This document shows positions 49,801 to 61,800 of a stretch of DNA of 64,000 nt, in pieces; positions within the stretch are counted from its first letter, which is position 1; each line of letters opens with the position of its first letter. The translations under genes and the position numbers were made by a program. Under the pieces are notes generated by a model. The model ran no database searches and was not told the DNA's origin. It was given only the letters and a program-made list of their open reading frames with translations. The stretch is from Balanoglossus misakiensis (lineage: Eukaryota; Animalia; Hemichordata), in the NCBI GenBank assembly GCA_040954595.2, contig CM082594.2, positions 11,670,885 to 11,734,884 of the forward strand. The letters are read 5' to 3'.

Positions 49801-52800
49801 TATAACCCATGGTTTTTTCAAAAAATGACCAAATTTTGAAAATTCGCAAAGTCGAAAAATCGTCGATTTTTCGCGATTTTCCTGAGCTATAACCCATGGT
49901 TTTTTCAAAAAATGACCAAATTTTGAAAATTCGCAAAGTCGAAAAATCGTCGATTTTTCGCGATTTTCCTGAGCTATAACCCATGGTTTTTTCAAAAAAT
50001 GACCAAATTTTGAAAATTCGCAAAGTCGAAAAATCGTCGATTTTTCGCGATTTTCCTGAGCTATAACCCATGGTTTTTTCAAAAAATGACCAAATTTTGA
50101 AAATTAGCAAAGTCGAAAAATCGTCGATTTTTCGCGATTTTCCTGAGCTATAACCCATGGTTTTTTCAAAAAATGACCAAATTTTGAAAATTCGCAAAGT
50201 CGAAATATCGTCGATTTTTCGCGATTTTCCTGAGCTATAACCCATGGTTTTTTCAAAAAATGACCAAATTTTGAAAATTCGCAAAGTCGAAAAATCGTCG
50301 ATTTTTCGCGATTTTCCTGAGCTATAACCCATGGTTTTTTCAAAAAATGACCAAATTTTGAAAATTCGCAAAGTCGAAAAATCGTCGATTTTTCGCGATT
50401 TTCCTGAGCTATAACCCATGGTTTTTTCAAAAAATGACCAAATTTTGAAAATTAGCAAAGTCGAAAAATCGTCGATTTTTCGCGATTTTCCTGAGCTATA
50501 ACCCATGGTTTTTTCAAAAAATGACTAAATTTTGAAAATTCGCAAAGTCGAAAAATCGTCGATTTTTCGCGATTTTCCTGAGCTATAACCCATGGTTTTT
50601 TCAAAAAATGACCAAATTTTGAAAATTCGCAAAGTCGAAAAATCGTCGATTTTTCGCGATTTTCCTGAGCTATAACCCATGTTTTTTTCAAAAAATGACC
50701 AAATTTTGAAAATTCGCAAAGTCGAAAAATCGTCGATTTTTCGCGATTTTCCTGAGCTATAACCCATGGTTTTTTCAAAAAATGACCAAATTTTGAAAAT
50801 TCGCAAAGTCGAAAAATCGTCGATTTTTCGCGATTTTCCTGAGCTATAACCCATGGTTTTTTCAAAAAATGACCAAATTTAAAAAATTCGCAAAGTCGAA
50901 AAATCGTCGATTTTTCGCGATTTTCCTGAGCTATAACCCATGGTTTTTTCAAAAAATGACCAAATTTTGAAAATTCGCAAAGTCGAAAAATCGTCGATTT
51001 TTCGCGATTTTCCTGAGCTATAACCCATGGTTTTTTCAAAAAATGACCAAATTTTGAAAATTCGCAAAGTCGAAAAATCGTCGATTTTTCGCGATTTTCC
51101 TGAGCTATAACCCATGGTTTTTTCAAAAAATGACCAAATTTTGAAATTTCGCAAAGTCGAAAATTCGTCGATTTTTCGCGATTTTCCTGAGCTATAACCC
51201 ATGGTTTTTTCAAAAAATGACCAAATTTTGAAATTTCGCAAAGTCGAAAAATCGTCGATTTTTCGCGATTTTCCTGAGCTATAACCCATGGTTTTTTCAA
51301 AAAATGACCAAATTTTGAAAATTCGCAAAGTCGAAAAAAAGTCGATTTTTCGCGATTTTCCTGAGCTATAACCCATGGTTTTTTCAAAAAATGACCAAAT
51401 TTTGAAAATTCGCAAAGTCGAAAAATCGTCGATTTTTCGCGATTTTCCTGAGCTATAACCCATGGTTTTTTCAAAAAATGACCAAATTTTGAAAATTCGC
51501 AAAGTCGAAAAATCGTCGATTTTTCGCGATTTTCCTGAGCTATAACCCATGGTTTTTTCAAAAAATGACCAAATTTTGAAAATTCGCAAAGTCGAAAAAT
51601 CGTCGATTTTTCGCGATTTTCCTGAGCTATAACCCATGGTTTTTTCAAAAAATGACCAAATTTTGAAAATTCGCAAAGTCGAAAAATCGTCGATTTTTCG
51701 CGATTTTCCTGAGCTATAACCCATGGTTTTTTCAAAAAATGACCAAATTTTGAAAATTCGCAAAGTCGAAAAATCGTCGATTTTTCGCGATTTTCCTGAG
51801 CTATAACCCATGGTTTTTTCAAAAAATGACCAAATTTTGAAAATTCGCAAAGTCGAAAAATCGTCGATTTTTCGCGATTTTCCTGAGCTATAACCCATGG
51901 TTTTTTCAAAAAATGACCAAATTTTGAAAATTCGCAAAGTCGAAAAATCGTCGATTTTTCGCGATTTTCCTGAGCTATAACCCATGGTTTTTTCAAAAAA
52001 TGACCAAATTTTGAAAATTCGCAAAGACGAAAAATCGTCGATTTTTCGCGATTTTCCTGAGCTATAACCCATGGTTTTTTCAAAAAATGACTAAATTTTG
52101 AAAATTCGCAAAGTCGAAAAATCGTCGATTTTTCGCGATTTTCCTGAGCTATAACCCATGGTTTTTTCAAAAAATGACCAAATTTTGAAAATTCGCAAAG
52201 TCGAAAAATCGTCGATTTTTCGCGATTTTCCTGAGCTATAACCCATGTTTTTTTCAAAAAATGACCAAATTTTGAAAATTCGCAAAGTCGAAAAATCGTC
52301 GATTTTTCGCGATTTTCCTGAGCTATAACCCATGGTTTTTTCAAAAAATGACCAAATTTTGAAAATTCGCAAAGTCGAAAAATCGTCGATTTTTCGCGAT
52401 TTTCCTGAGCTATAACCCATGGTTTTTTCAAAAAATGACCAAATTTAAAAAATTCGCAAAGTCGAAAAATCGTCGATTTTTCGCGATTTTCCTGAGCTAT
52501 AACCCATGGTTTTTTCAAAAAATGACCAAATTTTGAAAATTCGCAAAGTCGAAAAATCGTCGATTTTTCGCGATTTTCCTGAGCTATAACCCATGGTTTT
52601 TTCAAAAAATGACCAAATTTTGAAAATTCGCAAAGTCGAAAAATCGTCGATTTTTCGCGATTTTCCTGAGCTATAACCCATGGTTTTTTCAAAAAATGAC
52701 CAAATTTTGAAATTTCGCAAAGTCGAAAATTCGTCGATTTTTCGCGATTTTCCTGAGCTATAACCCATGGTTTTTTCAAAAAATGACCAAATTTTGAAAT

Positions 52801-55800
52801 TTCGCAAAGTCGAAAAATCGTCGATTTTTCGCGATTTTCCTGAGCTATAACCCATGGTTTTTTCAAAAAATGACCAAATTTTGAAAATTCGCAAAGTCGA
52901 AAAAAAGTCGATTTTTCGCGATTTTCCTGAGCTATAACCCATGGTTTTTTCAAAAAATGACCAAATTTTGAAAATTCGCAAAGTCGAAAAATCGTCGATT
53001 TTTCGCGATTTTCCTGAGCTATAACCCATGGTTTTTTCAAAAAATGACCAAATTTTGAAAATTCGCAAAGTCGAAAAATCGTCGATTTTTCGCGATTTTC
53101 CTGAGCTATAACCCATGGTTTTTTCAAAAAATGACCAAATTTTGAAAATTCGCAAAGTCGAAAAATCGTCGATTTTTCGCGATTTTCCTGAGCTATAACC
53201 CATGGTTTTTTCAAAAAATGACCAAATTTTGAAAATTCGCAAAGTCGAAAAATCGTCGATTTTTCGCGATTTTCCTGAGCTATAACCCATGGTTTTTTCA
53301 AAAAATGACCAAATTTTGAAAATTCGCAAAGTCGAAAAATCGTCGATTTTTCGCGATTTTCCTGAGCTATAACCCATGGTTTTTTCAAAAAATGACCAAA
53401 TTTTGAAAATTCGCAAAGTCGAAAAATCGTCGATTTTTCGCGATTTTCCTGAGCTATAACCCATGGTTTTTTCAAAAAATGACCAAATTTTGAAAATTCG
53501 CAAAGTCGAAAAATCGTCGATTTTTCGCGATTTTCCTGAGCTATAACCCATGGTTTTTTCAAAAAATGACCAAATTTTGAAAATTCGCAAAGACGAAAAA
53601 TCGTCGATTTTTCGCGATTTTCCTGAGCTATAACCCATGGTTTTTTCAAAAAATGACCAAATTTTGAAAATTCGCAAAGTCGAAAAATCGTCGATTTTTC
53701 GCGATTTTCCTGAGCTATAACCCATGGTTTTTTCAAAAAATGACCAAATTTTGAAAATTCGCAAAGTCGAAAAATCGTCGATTTTTCGCGATTTTCCTGA
53801 GCTATAACCCATGGTTTTTTCAAAAAATGACCAAATTTTGAAAATTCGCAAAGTCGAAAAATCGTCGATTTTTCGCGATTTTCCTGAGCTATAACCCATG
53901 GTTTTTTCAAAAAATGACCAAATTTTGAAAATTCGCAAAGTCGAAAAATCGTCGATTTTTCGCGATTTTCCTGAGCTATAACCCATGGTTTTTTCAAAAA
54001 ATGACCAAATTTTGAAAATTCGCAAAGTCGAAAAATCGTCGATTTTTCGCGATTTTCCTGAGCTATAACCCATGGTTTTTTCATAAAATGATCAAATTTT
54101 GAAAATTCGCAAAGTCGAAAAATCGTCGATTTTTCGCGATTTTCCTGAGCTATAACCCATGGTTTTTTCAAAAAATGACCAAATTTTGAAAATTCGCAAA
54201 GTCGAAAAATCGTCGATTTTTCGCGATTTTCCTGAGCTATAACCCATGGTTTTTTCAAAAAATGACCAAATTTTGAAAATTCGCAAAGTCGAAAAATCGT
54301 CGATTTTTCGCGATTTTCCTGAGCTATAACCCATGGTTTTTTCAAAAAATGACCAAATTTTGAAAATTCGCAAAGTCGAAAAATCGTCGATTTTTCGCGA
54401 TTTTCCTGAGCTATAACCCATGGTTTTTTCAAAAAATGACCAAATTTTGAAAATTCGCAAAGTCGAAAAAAAGTCGATTTTTCGCGATTTTCCTGAGCTA
54501 TAACCCATGGTTTTTTCAAAAAATGACCAAATTTTGAAAATTCGCAAAGTCGAAAAATCGTCGATTTTTCGCGATTTTCCTGAGCTATAACCCATGGTTT
54601 TTTCAAAAAATGACCAAATTTTGAAAATTCGCAAAGTCGAAAAATCGTCGATTTTTCGCGATTTTCCTGAGCTATAACCCATGGTTTTTTCAAAAAATGA
54701 CCAAATTTTGAAAATTCGCAAAGTCGAAAAATCGTCGATTTTTCGCGATTTTCCTGAGCTATAACCCATGGTTTTTTCAAAAAATGACCAAATTTTGAAA
54801 ATTCGCAAAGTCGAAAAATCGTCGATTTTTCGCGATTTTCCTGAGCTATAACCCATGGTTTTTTCAAAAAATGACCAAATTTTGAAAATTCGCAAAGTCG
54901 AAAAATCGTCGATTTTTCGCGATTTTCCTGAGCTATAACCCATGGTTTTTTCAAAAAATGACCAAATTTTGAAAATTCGCAAAGTCGAAAAATCGTCGAT
55001 TTTTCGCGATTTTCCTGAGCTATAACCCATGGTTTTTTCAAAAAATGACCAAATTTTGAAAATTCGCAAAGTCGAAAAATCGTCGATTTTTCGCGATTTT
55101 CCTGAGCTATAACCCATGGTTTTTTCAAAAAATGACCAAATTTTGAAAATTCGCAAAGTCGAAAAATCGTCGATTTTTCGCGATTTTCCTGAGCTATAAC
55201 CCATGGTTTTTTCAAAAAATGACCAAATTTTGAAAATTCGCAAAGTCGAAAAATCGTCGATTTTTCGCGATTTTCCTGAGCTATAACCCATGGTTTTTTC
55301 AAAAAATGACCAAATTTTGAAAATTCGCAAAGTCGAAAAATCGTCGATTTTTCGCGATTTTCCTGAGCTATAACCCATGGTTTTTTCAAAAAATGACCAA
55401 ATTTTGAAAATTCGCAAAGTCGAAAAATCGTCGATTTTTCGCGATTTTCCTGAGCTATAACCCATGGTTTTTTCAAAAAATGACCAAATTTTGAAAATTC
55501 GCAAAGTCGAAAAATCGTCGATTTTTCGCGATTTTCCTGAGCTATAACCCATGGTTTTTTCAAAAAATGACCAAATTTTGAAAATTAGCAAAGTCGAAAA
55601 ATCGTCGATTTTTCGCGATTTTCCTGAGCTATAACCCATGGTTTTTTCAAAAAATGACCAAATTGTGAAAATTCGCAAAGTCGAAAAATCGTCGATTTTT
55701 CGCGATTTTCCTGAGCTATAACCCATGGTTTTTTCAAAAAATGACCAAATTTTGAAAATTCGCAAAGTCGAAAAATCGTCGATTTTTCGCGATTTTCCTG

Positions 55801-58800
55801 AGCTATAACCCATGGTTTTTTTCAAAAAATGACCAAATTTTGAAAATTCGCAAAGTCGAAAAATCGTCGATTTTTCGCGATTTTCCTGAGCTATAACCCA
55901 TGGTTTTTTCAAAAAATGACCAAATTTTGAAAATTCGCAAAGTCGAAAAATCGTCGATTTTTCGCGATTTTCCTGAGCTATAACCCATGGTTTTTTCATA
56001 AAATGACCAAATTGTGAAAATTCGCAAAGTCGAAAAATCGTCGATTTTTCGCGATTTTCCTGAGCTATAACCCATGGTTTTTTCAAAAAATGACCAAATT
56101 GTGAAAATTCGCAAAGTCGAAAAATCGTCGATTTTTCGCGATTTTCCTGAGCTATAACCCATGTTTTTTTCAAAAAATGACCAAATTTTGAAAATTCGCA
56201 AAGTCGAAAAATCGTCGATTTTTCGCGATTTTCCTGAGCTATAACCCATGGTTTTTTCAAAAAATGACCAAATTTTGAAAATTCGCAAAGTCGAAAAATC
56301 GTCGATTTTTCGCGATTTTCCTGAGCTATAACCCATGGTTTTTTCAAAAAATGACCAAATTTTGAAAATTCGCAAAGTCGAAAAAAAGTCGATTTTTCGC
56401 GATTTTCCTGAGCTATAACCCATGGTTTTTTCAAAAAATGACCAAATTTTGAAAATTCGCAAAGTCGAAAAATCGTCGATTTTTCGCGATTTTCCTGAGC
56501 TATAACCCATGGTTTTTTCAAAAAATGACCAAATTTTGAAAATTCGCAAAGTCGAAAAAAAGTCGATTTTTCGCGATTTTCCTGAGCTATAACCCATGGT
56601 TTTTTCAAAAAATGACCAAATTTTGAAAATTCGCAAAGTCGAAAAATCGTCGATTTTTCGCGATTTTCCTGAGCTATAACCCATGGTTTTTTCAAAAAAT
56701 GACCAAATTTTGAAAATTCGCAAAGTCGAAAAATCGTCGATTTTTCGCGATTTTCCTGAGCTATAACCCATGGTTTTTTCAAAAAATGACCAAATTTTGA
56801 AAATTCGCAAAGTCGAAAAATCGTCGATTTTTCGCGATTTTCCTGAGCTATAACCCATGGTTTTTTCAAAAAATGACCAAATTTTGAAAATTCGCAAAGT
56901 CGAAAAATCGTCGATTTTTCGCGATTTTCCTGAGCTATAACCCATGGTTTTTTCAAAAAATGACCAAATTTTGAAAATTCGCAAAGTCGAAAAATCGTCG
57001 ATTTTTCGCGATTTTCCTGAGCTATAACCCATGGTTTTTTCAAAAAATGACCAAATTTTGAAATTTCGCAAAGTCGAAAAATCGTCGATTTTTCGCGATT
57101 TTCCTGAGCTATAACCCATGGTTTTTTCAAAAAATGACCAAATTTTGAAAATTCGCAAAGTCGAAAAATCGTCGATTTTTCGCGATTTTCCTGAGCTATA
57201 ACCCATGGTTTTTTCAAAAAATGACCAAATTTTGAAAATTCGCAAAGTCGAAAAATCGTCGATTTTTCGCGATTTTCCTGAGCTATAACCCATGGTTTTT
57301 TCAAAAAATGACCAAATTTTGAAAATTCGCAAAGTCGAAAAATCGTCGATTTTTCGCGATTTTCCTGAGCTATAACCCATGGTTTTTTCATAAAATGACC
57401 AAATTTTGAAAATTCGCAAAGTCGAAAAATCGTCGATTTTTCGCGATTTTCCTGAGCTATAACCCATGGTTTTTTCAAAAAATGACCAAATTGTGAAAAT
57501 TCGCAAAGTCTAAAAATCGTCGATTTTTCGCGATTTTCCTGAGCTATAACCCATGGTTTTTTCAAAAAATGACCAAATTTTTGAAAATTCGCAAAGTCGA
57601 AAAATCGTCGATTTTTCGCGATTTTCCTGAGCTATAACCCATGGTTTTTTCAAAAAATGACCAAATTTTGAAAATTCGCAAAGTCGAAAAATCGTCGATT
57701 TTTCGCGATTTTCCTGAGCTATAACCCATGGTTTTTTCAAAAAATGACCAAATTTTGAAAATTCGCAAAGTCGAAAAATCGTCGATTTTTCGCGATTTTC
57801 CTGAGCTATAACCCATGGTTTTTTTCAAAAAATGACCAAATTTTGAAAATTCGCAAAGTCGAAAAATCGTCGATTTTTCGCGATTTTCCTGAGCTATAAC
57901 CCATGGTTTTTTCAAAAAATGACCAAATTGTGAAAATTCGCAAAGTCGAAAAATCGTCGATTTTTCGCGATTTTCCTGAGCTATAACCCATGGTTTTTTC
58001 AAAAAATGACCAAATTGTGAAAATTCGCAAAGTCGAAAAAATCGTCGATTTTTCGCGATTTTCCTGAGCTATAACCCATGGTTTTTTCAAAAAATGACCA
58101 AATTGTGAAAATTCGCAAAGTCGAAAAATCGTCGATTTTTCGCGATTTTCCTGAGCTATAACCCATGGTTTTTTCAAAAAATGACCAAATTTTGAAAATT
58201 CGCAAAGTCGAAAAATCGTCGATTTTTCGCGATTTTCCTGAGCTATAACCCATGGTTTTTTCAAAAAATGACCAAATTTTGAAAATTCGCAAAGTCGAAA
58301 AAAAGTCGATTTTTCGCGATTTTCCTGAGCTATAACCCATGGTTTTTTCAAAAAATGACCAAATTTTGAAAATTCGCAAAGTCGAAAAATCGTCGATTTT
58401 TCGCGATTTTCCTGAGCTATAACCCATGGTTTTTTCAAAAAATGACCAAATTTTGAAAATTCGCAAAGTCGAAAAAAAGTCGATTTTTCGCGATTTTCCT
58501 GAGCTATAACCCATGGTTTTTTCAAAAAATGACCAAATTTTGAAAATTCGCAAAGTCGAAAAATCGTCGATTTTTCGCGATTTTCCTGAGCTATAACCCA
58601 TGGTTTTTTCAAAAAATGACCAAATTTTGAAAATTCGCAAAGTCGAAAAATCGTCGATTTTTCGCGATTTTCCTGAGCTATAACCCATGGTTTTTTCAAA
58701 AAATGACCAAATTTTGAAAATTCGCAAAGTCGAAAAATCGTCGATTTTTCGCGATTTTCCTGAGCTATAACCCATGGTTTTTTCAAAAAATGACCAAATT

Positions 58801-61800
58801 TTGAAAATTCGCAAAGTCGAAAAATCGTCGATTTTTCGCGATTTTCCTGAGCTATAACCCATGGTTTTTTCAAAAAATGACCAAATTTTCAAAATTCGCA
58901 AAGTCGAAAAATCGTCGATTTTTCGCGATTTTCCTGAGCTATAACCCATGGTTTTTTCAAAAAATGACCAAATTTTCAAAATTCGCAAAGTCGAAAAATC
59001 GTCGATTTTTCGCGATTTTCCTGAGCTATAACCCATGGTTTTTTCAAAAAATGACCAAATTTTCAAAATTCGCAAAGTCGAAAAATCGTCGATTTTTCGC
59101 GATTTTCCTGAGCTATAACCCATGGTTTTTTCAAAAAATGACCAAATTTTCAAAATTCGCAAAGTCGAAAAATCGTCGATTTTTCGCGATTTTCCTGAGC
59201 TATAACCCATGGTTTTTTCAAAAAATGACCAAATTTTGAAAATTCGCAAAGTCGAAAAATCGTCGATTTTTCGCGATTTTCCTGAGCTATAACCCATGGT
59301 TTTTTCAAAAAATGACCAAATTTTGAAAATTCGCAAAGTCGAAAAATCGTCGATTTTTCGCGATTTTCCTGAGCTATAACCCATGGTTTTTTCAAAAAAT
59401 GACCAAATTTTGAAAATTCGCAAAGTCGAAAAATCGTCGATTTTTCGCGATTTTCCTGAGCTATAACCCATGGTTTTTTCAAAAAATGACCAAATTTTGA
59501 AAATTCGCAAAGTCGAAAAATCGTCGATTTTTCGCGATTTTCCTGAGCTATAACCCATGGTTTTTTCAAAAAATGACCAAATTTTGAAATTTCGCAAAGT
59601 CGAAAAATCGTCGATTTTTCGCGATTTTCCTGAGCTATAACCCATGGTTTTTTCAAAAAATGACCAAATTTTGAAAATTCGCAAAGTCGAAAAATCGTCG
59701 ATTTTTCGCGATTTTCCTGAGCTATAACCCATGGTTTTTTCAAAAAATGACCAAATTTTGAAAATTCGCAAAGTCGAAAAATCGTCGATTTTTCGCGATT
59801 TTCCTGAGCTATAACCCATGGTTTTTTCAAAAAATGACCAAATTTTGAAAATTCGCAAAGTCGAAAAATCGTCGATTTTTCGCGATTTTCCTGAGCTATA
59901 ACCCATGGTTTTTTCATAAAATGACCAAATTTTGAAAATTCGCAAAGTCGAAAAATCGTCGATTTTTCGCGATTTTCCTGAGCTATAACCCATGGTTTTT
60001 TCAAAAAATGACCAAATTGTGAAAAATTCGCAAAGTCTAAAAATCGTCGATTTTTCGCGATTTTCCTGAGCTATAACCCATGGTTTTTTCAAAAAATGAC
60101 CAAATTTTGAAAATTCGCAAAGTCGAAAAATCGTCGATTTTTCGCGATTTTCCTGAGCTATAACCCATGGTTTTTTCAAAAAATGACCAAATTTTGAAAA
60201 TTCGCAAAGTCGAAAAATCGTCGATTTTTCGCGATTTTCCTGAGCTATAACCCATGGTTTTTTCAAAAAATGACCAAATTTTGAAAATTCGCAAAGTCGA
60301 AAAATCGTCGATTTTTCGCGATTTTCCTGAGCTATAACCCATGGTTTTTTCAAAAATGACCAAATTTTGAAAATTCGCAAAGTCGAAAAATCGTCGATTT
60401 TTCGCGATTTTCCTGAGCTATAACCCATGGTTTTTTCAAAAAATGACCAAATTTTGAAAATTCGCAAAGTCGAAAAATCGTCGATTTTTCGCGATTTTCC
60501 TGAGCTATAACCCATGGTTTTTTCAAAAAATGACCAAATTTTGAAAATTCGCAAAGTCGAAAAATCGTCGATTTTTCGCGATTTTCCTGAGCTATAACCC
60601 ATGGTTTTTTCATAAAATGACCAAATTTTGAAAATTCGCAAAGTCGAAAAATCGTCGATTTTTCGCGATTTTCCTGAGCTATAACCCATGGTTTTTTCAA
60701 AAAATGACCAAATTTTGAAAATTCGCAAAGTCGAAAAATCGTCGATTTTTCGCGATTTTCCTGAGCTATAACCCATGGTTTTTTCAAAAAATGACCAAAT
60801 TTTGAAAATTCGCAAAGTCGAAAAATCGTCGATTTTTCGCGATTTTCCTGAGCTATAACCCATGGTTTTTTCAAAAAATGACCAAATTTTGAAAATTCGC
60901 AAAGTCGAAAAATCGTCGATTTTTCGCGATTTTCCTGAGCTATAACCCATGGTTTTTTTCAAAAAATGACCAAATTTTGAAAATTCGCAAAGTCGAAAAA
61001 TCGTCGATTTTTCGCGATTTTCCTGAGCTATAACCCATGGTTTTTTCAAAAAATGACCAAATTTTGAAAATTCGCAAAGTCGAAAAATCGTCGATTTTTC
61101 GCGATTTTCCTGAGCTATAACCCATGGTTTTTTCAAAAAATGACCAAATTTTGAAAATTCGCAAAGTCGAAAAATCGTCGATTTTTCGCGATTTTCCTGA
61201 GCTATAACCCATGGTTTTTTCAAAAAATGACCAAATTTTGAAAATTCGCAAAGTCGAAAAATCGTCGATTTTTCGCGATTTTCCTGAGCTATAACCCATG
61301 GTTTTTTCAAAAAATGACCAAATTTTGAAAATTCGCAAAGTCGAAAAATCGTCGATTTTTCGCGATTTTCCTGAGCTATAACCCATGGTTTTTTCAAAAA
61401 ATGACCAAATTTTGAAAATTCGCAAAGTCGAAAAATCGTCGATTTTTCGCGATTTTCCTGAGCTATAACCCATGGTTTTTTCAAAAAATGACCAAATTTG
61501 AAAATTCGCAAAGTCGAAAAATCGTCGATTTTTCGCGATTTTCCTGAGCTATAACCCATGGTTTTTTCAAAAAATGACCAAATTTTGAAAATTCGCAAAG
61601 TCGAAAAATCGTCGATTTTTCGCGATTTTCCTGAGCTATAACCCATGGTTTTTTCAAAAAATGACCAAATTTTGAAAATTCGCAAAGTCGAAAAATCGTC
61701 GATTTTTCGCGATTTTCCTGAGCTATAACCCATGGTTTTTTCAAAAAATGACCAAATTTTGAAAATTCGCAAAGTCGAAAAATCGTCGATTTTTCGCGAT

